Below, piece by piece: positions 12,651 through 25,892 of a stretch of DNA of 64,000 nt (the first letter of the stretch is position 1; every line of letters starts with the position of its first letter). The notes beneath the pieces were generated by a model. It was not told the origin of the DNA, ran no database searches, and saw only the letters and a program-made list of their open reading frames with translations. Position numbers and translations under genes: made by a program. The stretch spans positions 26,598,001 to 26,662,000 of the forward strand of contig NC_042997.1 in assembly GCF_006345805.1 (NCBI RefSeq), given 5' to 3'. This DNA comes from Octopus sinensis (lineage: Eukaryota).

Positions 12651-13564
12651 GTATCTAAGTAGTTGTTAACTTGATAACATGCTTGCGGTGAACGTAAAGC
12701 TCAGTTTTAAAGCAGATAAACGTTTATATAGTTTATATGTAACGTGAATAAAACGCCAAGCAGGTGTAAACTGCATTGCAGTCATTGAGCAAATTCTAGA
12801 TACATAGCACGAAACCCGAACCAGAGAACGCATTATTCATTTCTTTCGATAGTAGCTAAGTCTTTACGGGAGTGTACATATTTATTACACCCACACACTC
12901 GCACGTACATACATACATGTGTGTCTATAGTTAGATGTATAGATAATATTACTCCATTTCTTAGCTTCTATATTTTATATTTTTCTCTTCTACCTATACG
13001 CCTATATGTATATGTATATGTATGCGCATGTGTTTTTTTGTGTGTGTGAGAGAGAAAGAGAGTGAGAGAGAGAGAGCGAAAGAAAGAAGACTAGACATTT
13101 GCTCACAAATACACAAACTATAGGAAGAAGAGAAAACAAAACAAAGGTGATAGAAATAAAAATGAATCGATGTTATCTGTTATAATACGATACAGAAGAT
13201 ACGTTTAAATGAGGGTTTATGAAGTAATGCTTTATCGTAAAAGCCAAAATAAAGTAATGAAGAGAATGGCTTAAATGTTTTTATCTTGATTATTGGCAGA
13301 AAAAATGATGAAAATATTAACTACTAAGACTTGTAAAAAATTATGTGGAATAAAATTTTAAAATATTGATTTGAAACTGAGACAGAAACTGCATATACGG
13401 GGAGAATGGTTTTAATCGATTATTTAGAAGACTCTAGGATTTCTTGTCTATTGACCCTCGAAGGAAGAACTGTAAATTTGACGATGGTGAGATTTGAAAT
13501 CAGGACCTAGGTATTCGAATCTAAATATCGTATGGAATTTTGCCCACTAATGTCAAAGACATAG

Positions 13565-13640
13565 ACTGGACTTGGGAGAAACTGGACTTCGGAGAAACTG
13601 GACTTGGGAGAAACTGGACTTGGGAGACATTTGGGAGAAA
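13565..13640. repeat. 16-bp minisatellite (actggacttgggagaa) x4 plus a partial unit
   Basis: Read directly from the sequence. Confidence 0.9.
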
Positions 13641-13744
13641 TTGTAGTACATTAAATTAACCTCAGAACAGGACTGCTAAATATGAAAGACGAAGTTGATC
13701 TCATAGTTATTTTATCGGCCGCTCATCTCATCCACCGCCATATA

Positions 13745-13963
13745 CGAGGGGCTGCTGAAAAGTTTCTGGCTCTAAGGGTATCGCGAAAGGCCTGGTTAGA
13801 GGCCCAACCATCCGAGTTGTTTTTTCAGGGCTTAGAAAAATCGAAAAACTGCTCCAATAAGTGTGTGTGTCTGAGAAGTGGAATATGTTGAATAAAATCA
13901 TAGTTAATTGATCTCCCTGAATTTTCGGTTACCCAAAGCCAGGAACTTTTCAGCAATCCTTCG
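13745..13963 (+). mobile_element. Mariner internal-deletion derivative (MITE)
   Basis: TIRs cgaggggctgctgaaaagtttctggct / agccaggaacttttcagcaatccttcg, a left TA, and a C-terminal transposase-like remnant (LEK...NKCV). Confidence 0.8.
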
Positions 13964-13979
13964 CATAATAAACCTTTCT

Positions 13980-15900
13980 ATAACACGCACAAGGCTTGAA
14001 ATTTGTGGGTGGAGGCAAGTGTAACGTATACTAATATAGGCACAAGGCCCGAAATTTTGGGGAGGGTGCTAGTCTATTAGAGTAAATGCCTGGAACCTAT
14101 TTTTTCGACTCTGAAATGATGAAAGGCAAAGTAAATCTAAGCGGAATCTGAACTCAGAACGTAAAGACAGACGAAATGTCACTATCTTTTCTGGCAGATC
14201 GCCACTTTATCGCCATGTATAATGCATGTTCCTTAAAGAAGCACAAGGGTTAACACTTTGGAAGAGGGGTTTATTCACTTAGATTGACCCATATATTTAG
14301 CTCGATCTATATTTGACAAACCAGAAGAATGAAAAACAAAGCTGACCGCTGTTCTATTTGATTTCACATATAAAACATGGTAGTTGAATAACAGAAAGCA
14401 TTGTGTCCGACGCTCTGACAATTCTGCCTATCCAACATCATATCTAATAACAGCACTAATTTCTAGCAGTGTTGATGTTATTATAGGCACACATCTTCCA
14501 ATTTAGAATGGGGTTGTAGTCAAGAACAGCGACTCCGGAAGGAGGAAAAGCGAAGTTCACTAAAGCGAAATTTGAACTTACAACTGAAAAGGTATAAGTA
14601 AATATAACCAAGTAATTTATCGAACGCTCTAACGCTTTTCTCAGTTTATTACTTATCTTTAAAAAGTTCCAAACACAGGTACACGGGTCTGTGTTAGAGT
14701 CAAAATACTGTGATATCGTCAAGAGATGGGCTAGGTCATCATTTTATCGACTCATCAGGGATGGAAGGTGAACTTAAACTTGATGATTTGAACTTAGCAC
14801 ACACAGTTGGACCAAATACCTCAAGGCATTTTGTCCGACACTGAAAATTCTGCCAACTATCATCATCATATTAAAATTGGTTTTAGATTTACGCACACGC
14901 CAATAAGTTCGGGTGATGAGGTTACTTTGGTGTTACTTATTTTATCGGCCTCGAAAAGATGGGAAGGAAAAGTCGACCTCGGCGGAATTTGAACTCAGAT
15001 CGTTAAGAATTTTCCCTGGCGTGCTAACGATTCTTATTTCTTTATTACCCACAAAGGGATAAACATAGAAGAGACAAACAAGGACAGACAAAGGGATTAA
15101 GTCGATTAGATCGACCCCAGTGCGTAACTGGTACTTATTTAATCGACCCTCGAAAGGATGAAAAGCAAAGTCGACCTCGGCGGAAGTTGAACTCAGAACG
15201 TAGCGACAGACGAAATACTACTGAGCATTTCGCCCGCGTACTAACGTTTCTGCCAGCTCACCGCCCCCCACCATCATATTGATATTCATCTTTGATTCAG
15301 GCAATTTTGATGGGTGATTGCTAGCAGTTATCATTGATCCAAGTATTTTACTTTATCGGAGGGTAAAGTTGACTTCAGTCTTGAAGAACAGGAACAAATG
15401 ATATGGGTCCTTTTCCCTCGCTCTATCAATTTTGCCAGCTAACCGCCTTCACTACTCTTATAATTCGCTCTAATTTTAGAACAAACCCGGCAAACTTATG
15501 GAAGGGAGGTTAGCCGATTACATTGACTCGAGTACTTGACTCTAACTATATTTTATCGCGATAGGAAAAAATTAAAGACAAACTTGACATTGGCGTAATT
15601 TGAACTCCGAACGTAAAGCGTGGGAAGGAATGCTCCGTATCATTTTTGTCCGACCTTTTAATGATCCAGCCAACCTACAACCATACCAACTGATTTCGGC
15701 AATTTTTCAGGGATATCATAATTAGCCGATACCATTGAACCCAGTACTTGTTTGGTATTATATTTTAACCAACCCAAGAAGATAAAGGTTAGGTTGATTT
15801 AACAGGATTTGAAATCGTGATTTTTATCTGACAAGCCAAAATAAACATTGCGACGCATTTTTCCAACGCCCTCTATCAGTTCTGCCAGATCACCACATAC
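13980..15900 (-). mobile_element. Cluster of ~8 co-oriented SINE family A copies/relics
   Basis: Repeated degenerate gaaaggcaaagtcgac...gatttgaactcaga...ctgccagc blocks, all in minus orientation. Confidence 0.75.
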
Positions 15901-15996
15901 ACCGCTATATTAATGTCAATTACAAATCTGTGATGTCCTGAAGAGAAGATAATTTTTATAAAGTATTTAACATAATGCGTTTAAAAGTAATATATA

Positions 15997-16848
15997 CGAG
16001 TTCTGATCAATAAGTATCCAGAATGTTACCATAGAAACGAGGCTAAAGCACACGGAGTGAAGCCACTTGGCAGAGACTGCCCTTGACCTATGCAGTGCAT
16101 GCGCACTAAGTTTAACGTTCTGGCTTACTTCCGCTATTTATAGCAGTGCATGGAAGGAAGGTGTGTAACGTGTGATCGTTGCATCAACCATGACAGAGAA
16201 AGTTGAACAGAGAATCTGCATCAAGTTTTGCCAAAATATTGGCAGTACCTGCTCAGAGACCTACGCAAAATTTTCAACACGTTTTAATCATTTTCGACTC
16301 AATCAAGATCTTGTACAAGATCTTTGGGTCAGCTGAAATCAATTTTGGCACAAACTTGACAGACATGGGTCTCATACCCAAATCTTCAGTGATAATGGAC
16401 TGAAACTTAACCGTAACTAATCTGCGCATGCGCTGATAACTTACAGATGGGGATTCGACGATTCCCTCTCACAGCTACACGCACATCTGTGATGTCTTTC
16501 TCAGTTCCGTTGGTTGTGAGTCTCCCAGAACGTTCGTCAATATCGATATACTTTTGGCGATCTTGGAAACGTCTGAACTATTTGTACACTTGTGTGCGGC
16601 TCGTAAACTCCTCTCCATACACTTTTGCAACTTTTCATAGGCATCTGAGCAGGTGTTGCCACCATGGCAACTTTCTCTGTCTTGGTCAATGCGACGATCA
16701 CACACTACACATCTTCCTTCGAAGCACTGTTGTAAACAGCGGAAGTCAGCTAGAACGTTCAAGGTTAATCTGTGCCAAGCGGCTTCACTCTGCGTGCTTT
16801 AGCTTCGTTACTATGGCAACAGTTAGGATACTTATTGATCAGCCCTCG
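15997..16848. mobile_element. Composite mariner made of two left ends in inverted orientation
   Basis: TIRs match 21/23 with TA on both sides. Plus arm encodes MTEKVEQRICIKFCQ; minus arm encodes the transposase N-terminus through EDLGMRPMSVKFVPKLI. Confidence 0.8.
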
Positions 16849-17379
16849 TATGTCATTACTACTACTAACCGAAATATATATTAAAAATGCGTTCAGAATC
16901 GAAAGTCCAATACTTGACAGAATGAGACGGAGAGAAAGAAAGAAAGAGAGAGAGAGAGAGTATTGTGTGAATAGACTTTGATCATATGTCTGTTTGGCTT
17001 AACATCATTCCATTATTGATTGACTTAGAGCTAAAAACAAAAAAAAGAAGGAAGGATTGTTTCCCGCCTGAAGCACGACGGTTTAACCAAGCATAACGTT
17101 CACATATTCATTGAATACACTTAAATATCGCATAACTGTACCAAATTGGAGTCACTATATATCTTAACTAACATGTATGTTCATTACAGTACAATCGGAA
17201 ATGTCAGTGAAATGGCAGTATCCACAGAATACATAGACAAAATTAATTGCAGAATTTAGATTTTTCGTAGATCAAATGCAGCCGACTTCGACTTTAATCC
17301 TTTTTATCTCTAAAGTTAATTCTGCTGATTTGCACACCAATTTATGTCATCGAGCTTACATTGCATGTATACGTATATA

Positions 17380-17440
17380 TATATATATTTATATACGTAG
17401 TTTATAGATACTGTTGCGTTTTATACGTAGTATGTGTGCG

Positions 17441-17502
<62 letters not shown>

Positions 17503-17602
17503 TATATATATATATATACACACATATATATATATATGCATATATATATATATATATATGCATATGTATATATATATATATGTATATATATATATGCATA
17601 TG

Positions 17603-17633
<31 letters not shown>

Positions 17634-17660
17634 GCATATGTATATATATATATGCATATG

Positions 17661-17691
<31 letters not shown>

Positions 17692-17856
17692 GTATATGTA
17701 TATATATATATATGTATATATATATATGCATATGTATATATATATATGCATATGTATATATGTATATATATATATATATATGCATATGTATATATATATA
17801 TATATGATATATGTATATATATATATATATATGCATATGTATATATATATATATGC

Positions 17857-17888
<32 letters not shown>

Positions 17889-17907
17889 GCATATGTATAT
17901 ATATATA

Positions 17908-17949
<42 letters not shown>

Positions 17950-17993
17950 TATATATATGTATATATATATATATGAATATGTATATATATATA

Positions 17994-18037
<44 letters not shown>

Positions 18038-18105
18038 TATATATATATGTATATATATATATATGAATATGTATATATATATATGCATATATAATATATA
18101 TATAT
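17380..18105. repeat. Long complex (TA)n microsatellite punctuated by TGCA/TGTA units
   Basis: Read directly. It is the source of the spurious IYIY ORFs. Confidence 0.95.
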
Positions 18106-18870
18106 ATTTATATTATATAGAGGGTACTATTATTCATAGGTACCGCACGCTTGGAGGGACTCTTGCAGTCAAAACTACTAAAATAAACAAATTGTACCGA
18201 ATGCAAAACTTCAAAGCAAGTAATTTAAAAACAGAATTTAGTTACATATCACCTGTGATTTCGCAATCAATGCAGAATATGCATTCTATGCTCTTCAGTG
18301 CAACGAACTCAAGACATGTAAGGAAAAAACACAATATAGCATACCCGACAGCCAACCGTAGAATTCGTCGTAGCATGTACGAATGTTTATCTTTACATAT
18401 CTATGAAAATGGCGGGATTATTCGCAATGCATTTCGGTAACAATCTGCCTATTCGGCACAAAAATTCAGTATTGAACTATTCCGGTGAAAAATATAAATT
18501 TAAAATTAAGGATGAAATCTTTATAAGAAATTATCAGTAGTTAGCGTGAAAAAACTCGTAAGAGAAAAAATCTGTAAATTTTTCCACTTTCAAAAAATAT
18601 TTATTTATATTATATAGAGGGTACTATTATTCATAGGTACCGCACGCTAGGAGGGTCTCTTGCATACCCGACAACCAACATGTACGAATGTTTATCATTA
18701 TGTACGACAGCCAAACATGTACGAATGTTTATCTTTACATATCTATGAAAATGGCGGGCTTATTCGCAATGCATTTCGATAACAATCTCCCTATTCGGAA
18801 CAAAAATTCAGTATTGAACTATTCCGGTGAAAAATATAAATTTAAAATTAAGGATAAAATCTTTATCCTT
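18105..18870. repeat. Tandem duplication of an unclassified repeat; second copy internally deleted
   Basis: tatagagggtactattattcataggtaccgcacgct occurs at ~18116 and ~18612. The shared 3' block atgtacgaatgtttatc...aaatttaaaattaagga is in both copies. Confidence 0.85.
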
Positions 18871-18938
18871 AATTTTAAATTCATATTTAAGTTCATAGGC
18901 TAACCAACACACTCTCATAGGGTGTGACCAAATGAGAT

Positions 18939-19600
18939 TTATTCTTCAACATAGTTCTCATTACGGTCCATGCAATTTTTCAGTGCTCGCGTCCCATTGG
19001 TGAAAAAGTGTTCATGCTGTTCGTCAGAAAAGTCAGCAACAGATTCGACGTCATCATCCTTGTGATACTGGTCCCAGCCAAGTGTATTTTCTGGGGGCAA
19101 CATCAGGAGAATGGGGAAGGTGATCAAGGAATTCAAAGCCACCGTCACGCACAGCAGTCATTCAAAGCAAGAATTTGTGTGCTGGAACATTGTCCTCAAG
19201 TAGGAAGATCCTTTTTGTCAGTTTTCCAAGGTATTTAGTTTTGATAACCTTTCGTAACTATCTCAGCAAGTTGGCATAGTACCCTCCATTGATGGAGTGT
19301 TGTTTTTGAAGATAGTTAATAAACGCAATGCTTTTTGCATGCCGAAAAGCTGAGGTCATCACCTTCCATGCAGATGAAACAACCATGGCTTTCTTTGGAG
19401 TAAGTGAGGAGATTATTTCCATTGCATGGTTTGACTTTCTCTCTGCTTCAATGAGATGAACCCAATATCTATCCTGAGTTAGAAAACGTTCACAGAAACC
19501 AGCTAGATCTGCCTCAATGTCAAGTTTCACTGTGTTACACTTTTCATCAGGAGTCAAAGACGTGGCACCGACCGTGAAACCAAGTTCATTGTGCAGAGTA
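18939..19600 (-). pseudogene. Mariner transposase catalytic region (disrupted)
   Basis: RFLTQDRYW, INYLQK...INGGYYANLL, EDNVPAH, HLPHSPDVAP and ENYVEE* correspond to mariner DD34D-type motifs. Confidence 0.85.
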
Positions 19601-19601
19601 T

Positions 19602-19677
<76 letters not shown>

Positions 19678-20074
19678 AATCTGTCTATCTTACAGGATAT
19701 GCTTACCGCATTGACTATTTGATCTATAGTCAATCGCTTATTATTTGGTGAACACGCTCAATGTTTTCTTTGGTGGTAGTAGTTATGTCATGACGCTGGG
19801 TCATCTTCGAGATAAAGCTTGATTATCATTCCTAATGAAGAAACATGTATGTACTTGGAGGTTAAACCACTTTTCTGCAGGTACTTGATTACACAACGAT
19901 GCCAAATCTTCAAGATATAAATCACTAGTAGTTACTTTGAAGTGTTCTGTGAACAATCAGATATCAATCTACCTTGGAGGAAACAATCTAGTTAAAATCT
20001 GTTGGAATTAATGCATGCAAAATTTTAGTTCTAGCGTCACTTCTTCATAGCCAAGGAACTTTTCAAACCATCCT

Positions 20075-20120
<46 letters not shown>

Positions 20121-20207
20121 CATAACAGAGTTTCTGGTGAAATGGTTACATAGGAAGCGCCCACCAAACTGGAGTTGAGTCAGCTGTCATTAATACACAC
20201 ACACACA

Positions 20208-20256
<49 letters not shown>

Positions 20257-20274
20257 GACTGAACCGTTAGCACG

Positions 20275-20475
20275 CCTGGCAAAGTGAGTAGTGGCATTTC
20301 GTCTGCACATACGTTCTAAGTTCAAATTCTGCCGAGTTTGAGATTACGCTTCATCGTTTCGGGGTCGATAGATAAGTACCAGTTAAACAGTGAAGTCGAT
20401 GTAATAAACTTAACTCTTTCCCTCCGAGATTACTGGCCTTGTTCCAAAATCTAAAACCAATAGATAGACGGACAT

Positions 20476-20528
<53 letters not shown>

Positions 20529-20755
20529 TTGGTGCGTTAGCGGAATCGTTAGCCCGCCGGGAAAATGCTTAGCTACATTTTGTCTGTCTATATGTTTTCA
20601 GTTCAAATTCCAGTGTCCAACTGTCTTTCGTCCTTGCAGGGTTGATTAAATAAGTACCAGTTACGCACTGGGGTTGATATAATCGACTTAATCTGTCTAT
20701 CTGTCCTGGTTTGTCTCCTCTGTGTTTAGCCCCTTGTGGGTAGTAAAGAAATATA
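20275..20755 (+). mobile_element. Two SINE family A copies separated by (GATA)n
   Basis: Family A head and body at ~20275-20460 and ~20530-20755. The second has the tail tagccccttgtgggtagtaaagaaata. Confidence 0.8.
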
Positions 20756-21339
20756 TATCTTACGAAACTTACTTTATTAAAATCACCTCCAAATTTTCAA
20801 TATCTGTATACAGAAAGAAATGTTTTCTATCTACTGCTAGAAATTTTCTACCTGAGTGAATTATCTTCCTGCGGGTTCCAATATTCCTCCAAGCGTACTT
20901 GAACTGGTAACAAGATAGTATTTATGCACATCACAGCTAAGCGTTTCTATTCTGCATAAACCTTAGAATCTGCCTTTGCTTTTGTACAAACACTAACATA
21001 CTAGTTTATGGTCAGGGCATTTAATTAATTAATAATTATTGATTTTAAACAACAACAAAACTCAATTCTCGGAAGTGCTTTTAAATGAGAATATGACCAA
21101 TGTCACAGATTCCTCAAAGGCATTTTAAAAATTCTTCTCTTTGATTTATTTTAGTTATGCCTCCGCAGAATTTTCATTTGATATAAATTGTCTTGTTCCT
21201 GAAGAGCAAGCCATAACCATTTCCAGGAAGAATATAATTGCTTCTTTTAACGCCGAGTAGTTAGCTCCTCTACTTTGAGCTTTTCTTTATTACTTCTCAA
21301 CATTTTCTGAAATTAGTCATGTATTATATATATATATAT

Positions 21340-21611
21340 ATATATATTATAAATATTAGGGAATAAATCCAAATTTACAGGGAAAAATCAGATTTAGGAT
21401 TGAATCCAATTTTATAGTAAAATATTATATTATATTAAATTAGAGACAAAACCACTATTATGCAAATCAGACAAAGAAAGACTTAAGCCAATACATAAAA
21501 TAATTTATATAATTTAACAATTATAATTGTTAAATTATATAAATTATTTTATGTATTGGCTTAAGTCTTTCTTTGTCTGATTTGCATAATAGTGGTTTTG
21601 TCTCTAATTTA

Positions 21612-21621
<10 letters not shown>
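21340..21621. mobile_element. Solo pLTR fragment of the PLE2 family containing a perfect 196-bp palindrome
   Basis: Matches 43736-43880. Bases 21426-21621 are self-complementary with no spacer. Confidence 0.85.
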
Positions 21622-21683
<62 letters not shown>

Positions 21684-22370
21684 AAACAAACAAGCAATGG
21701 AGGACATTAAAACATTGGGACAAATAGACGATACAAAGGCGGACAAGAGAAGCAACAATTAGAACGACAGGCAAAAACAGACGGCTCATGCGTTGCTTTC
21801 TTTTCTAACTCAAGATCCAGAAGTCACGACCATTTCGAGCAGTTACACTTAAGATAGTTCAATCTGGTTGCCCTCCCACCAAAAAAGTCTAAGCTAAGAG
21901 CATTAGACCCCTTTGTAAGAAAGCTAGCGAATGTGTACGGCAACAAAGACAAAAAACAACAAACAAAAAATCATGGTCCACAATTACGAATACGAACAAC
22001 AAGAAATAACAAGAGGTGTATTTCGACTGAGAACGAACCAAATTGAGCTGGCGTTTATGAAGTGAAAGCCTAAAGGCAGGAACATAGGAATTGGACATAA
22101 GAGGTGTTGGCGGTCGGCAGTCAGGTCAAGAAAGAAAGATCATAGCAGGCCGGAAACCGGTCACGTGGAAGGAGGAGAGATGGGTAAGAGGCAGCGAGAT
22201 TGAAGCATTAGAAAACAATCAGACAAAGAGAAGATATATATATACATACAGACGGACAGAGAGGCAGTTGTAGATATATGCCAAAACGTTTGCTTCTCAA
22301 CCACGTGTTTCCGGGTTCAGCTTAACTGCGTGGAACCTTGGGTAAGTTTTTCTTTATATAGCACATATAT

Positions 22371-23140
22371 ACTGAGTGCGGTGAATGCATTGTCATCTAA
22401 ATTATGTTAAAATGAAAATAACATACATCTCATTTTAACAGATGTATTTACCGAAATTACATTAAAATATGTTGAAATACTAGAGAGTAAATTTATTCAA
22501 TAAAATCCCTATTGGATTCAACCGCGGACTCTAGTCGACTTCGGAATCTCCTGCAACCCTTCTGGACGGTCTCCTTGTTGAAGTTGCTTAATGCTGCCAC
22601 GATCCTTGCTTTCAGTTCATCTTTAATGTTACAAGTTTTGTTGGTCTCTGGCTCCGCACATAATAATCAAGGAGGTTGCAGTCTGAAGAGTTAGGTGGCC
22701 AGACGTTAGGGGTGATGCGGCCGCAGAAATTGTCTGACAGCCATGAGTGGGTTCCCCTGCTAGTGTAGAATGGTGCAGAGTCCTGTTGCCAGACATAGGG
22801 TCTTCCAGCAGAAACCCACTTGATCCAGGGCAGCACTACCTCCTCCAGGCACTTGATGTAGGCCTGCGTGCTGAATTTGAGGCTGAGTGGGAAGCTGAAT
22901 GGAGGCATAACGTCGCTATCACTAGTCATCACGCGAGACACCATGATGTTGATTGGATGTTTGATTTTTATGACTCTCGGTACATGCAGTAGCCTCAGAT
23001 TGACATACAAACACTCTGAAATGCTCGTAATAGAGCTTTCGGCGCGAATGCCAAGCAGTACTGCATGCCTTTTCAAATTTTCTGGCAATGTGAATTGCGT
23101 CATGATGCTGTTCTTCTCACATACGGTACCCAACTGTCCC
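22371..23140 (-). pseudogene. Tc1/mariner-superfamily transposase 3' part (5' end interrupted by SINE)
   Basis: ORF 22612-23133 contains YIKCLEEVVLPWI...YVWQQDSAP...WPPNSSDCNLLDYYV. Confidence 0.85.
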
Positions 23141-23161
23141 TACTATGTTGTGTAGTCAAAA

Positions 23162-23540
23162 GGCGGCGAGTTGGCAGAAATGTTAGCGCGCCAGGCGAAA
23201 TGCTTAGCAATATTTCGTCTGCCGTTACGTTCTGAGTTCAAATTCCGCCAAAGTCGAATTTGTCTTTCATCCTTTCGGGGTCGATTAAATAAGTACCAGT
23301 TACGCACTGGGGTCGATATAATCGACTTAATCCGTTTGTCTGTCCTTGTTTGTCTCCTCTGTGTGTAGCCCCTTGTGGGCAGTAAAGAAATGGGTATTTC
23401 GTCTGTCTTTATGTTCTGAGTTCAATTTCCGCCGAGGTCGACTTTGCCTTTCATTCTTTCGGGGGTCGATAAATTAAGTACCAGTTGCGTACTGGAATTG
23501 ATCTAATCGACTGGCCCCCTCCCTCAAAATTTCGGGCTTT
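23162..23540 (+). mobile_element. SINE family A inserted into the head of an older family A copy
   Basis: Tail agtaaagaaatg joins ggtatttcgtctg at 23392/23393. Confidence 0.9.
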
Positions 23541-23932
23541 GTGCCCTGTGCAGAAACGTATATTGTGTAGTTAACAAAATCAAAAACAAACAATGCACAT
23601 TTGCTAAATTAAACTTATAAAATGGCGTCAATTTACCCATCGCACGCTCTGTGTGTGTGTGTGTGTGTGTGTGTATATACATATATATATATGTGTGCAT
23701 GTGTGTGTTTTTTTGTGCATGTATTTGTATTCCACTGCCACTTGACCATTGGTCTTGATTTGTTTACGTCCTTGTAACATAGTGTTTCGGCAAAACAGAG
23801 AGATGGAGTATGTACAAGGCTTTTTTAAAAATAAGTACATAGGTCAATGTGTTTGATTAAAAGCTTTAAGGCGGTTCTCTAGCAGGGCTGTAGTCCAATG
23901 ACTCGAGCAAGTAAAAAAAAAGTATTCATACT

Positions 23933-23978
<46 letters not shown>

Positions 23979-24462
23979 TAGAGGTTTATAAGATATTTAG
24001 TTACAGCATCTTACAATGAATTGGCTTCGATACCCAATTGTTTCAAAGGAACCTCATGTATATATCTCATTTGCCATGATAACTACTCACCGATTTTGTA
24101 TTATCAGAATTATTTTTTGAACTACGGTATTGTCTCAAACGTCATACAGCAAGATATATGACAGAAAACAGCAATATCTTAGGTAACTGAGTCGTGATAG
24201 ACATTATTTCGAACATAACGGCAACTACATTTGTTCAGGTATAGTCTAAATAGAAAATTCATAACTTAGACAACAAAATCAACAGTAAAGTCACGAACAT
24301 ATGTAAGATTTATAGGGTAATAAAGGGAAATAAAAAATGATGGCATTTATATTATAGAAAGGCGTTATCAGCTTACGCAGAACGTATGTGTATGTGCGTG
24401 TGTCTATGTTTGTATACATATATATGTGTATGTATGTATCCCAAAATATACGTATATGTTTA

Positions 24463-24553
<91 letters not shown>

Positions 24554-24823
24554 TAAAGGATCAAAGATCCTCCCTGAATCATAGGCCCATAAAACTGGCT
24601 TTTCCGAATTCTGTGGTGTATATATCCTACCACCGTTGGACGGGATGCTGGTTCGATATTGTTGGGAGCTGAATGAACTAGAACAAGGTAAAATTAAATG
24701 TTTTGCTGAGGGACGCAACGCCTACTCCAGGAATTGAAACCCAAATCTTACGATCCTGTGTGCAATACATTAAGCTAAGCGCTCCTGCACACACACACAC
24801 ACACACATATTCTTTTCTACTCT

Positions 24824-25206
24824 AGGCACAAGGCCCGAAATTTTGGTGGAGAGGCCTGTCGATTAGATCGACACCAGTACGCAACTAGTACTTAATTTAT
24901 CGCCCTTGAAAGGATGAAAGGCGAAGTCGATCTCGGCGGAATTTGAATTCAAAATATAAAGACAGACGAAATACCTATTTCTTTACTACACACAAGGGGC
25001 TAAATACAGAGAGGACAAACAAGGACAGACAAACGGATTAAGTCGATTATATCGACCCCAGTGCGTAACTGGTACTTAATTTATCGACCCCGAAAGGATG
25101 AAAGGTTAAGTCGACCTCGGCGGAATTTGAACTCAGAATGTAGCGGCATACGAAATACGGCTACTCATTTCGCCCGGCGTGCTAACGTTTCTACCATCTC
25201 GCCGCC
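24824..25206 (-). mobile_element. SINE family A inserted into the head of an older family A copy
   Basis: gacgaaatacc|tatttctttactac junction at 24975/24976. Confidence 0.9.
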
Positions 25207-25616
25207 TTCATACACTCACATATTACGATGTCTTTTACTTTATATAGGGTTACAATGACATTGACTTTTCACAAATTTTAGAGAAAATTCAACTCTGATA
25301 AAATCATGTATCCTTGCTGTGTGTGATCCATAAATTTCCTAAATTTCCTAAAACAGATATTTGCTATAATAATTTCATGTCAACGAATGTAGGCATAGTA
25401 ACATTGGAAAGCGAAAACCAAATGACAAGAAGAAAAAAAAAGCTGTTTAAAAACGAAGAGACTGAAGAAATCAGAGAATGTGATGTCAATAAATATGGTA
25501 TGTAGAAAATAAACTGTGCTTTGGGAATAAAAATGCGGTTGAGAATGAACAATTGATGTAATATTTTTTTTCAAGTGATATTAAAATTAGATTTTAAAGA
25601 TGCTGCTATTTTATGG

Positions 25617-25849
25617 GATTACTCTTTTACTTGTTTCAGTCATTTGACTGTGGCCCTGCTGGAGCACCGCCTTTAGTCGAGCAAATCGCCCCCAGGATTT
25701 ATTCTTTGTAAGCCTAGTACTTATTCTATCGGTCTCTTTTGCCGAACCGCTAAGGTACGCGGACGTAAACAAACCAGCATCGGTTGTCAAGCGATGTTGG
25801 GTGGACAATCACAGACACAAAAACATATACACACATACACACACACACA

Positions 25850-25892
<43 letters not shown>

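Noticed and set aside
13565-13640. Short repeated units as a CRISPR-like array
   Set aside because: The units are contiguous with no unique spacers, and the context is eukaryotic. It is a minisatellite.
17361-18440. Long ORFs of 150-230 aa rich in IYIY
   Set aside because: They are stop-free translations of the TA microsatellite. The same applies to the THTH, YYYY and LLLL ORFs elsewhere.
21800-21870. Minus-strand ...gtgtaactgctcGAAAtggtcgtga as a possible hammerhead
   Set aside because: There is no CUGANGA half and no stem I.
23162-23250. tRNA gene calls for SINE heads
   Set aside because: A- and B-box-like motifs are present, but the heads continue into SINE bodies and lack a proper cloverleaf.
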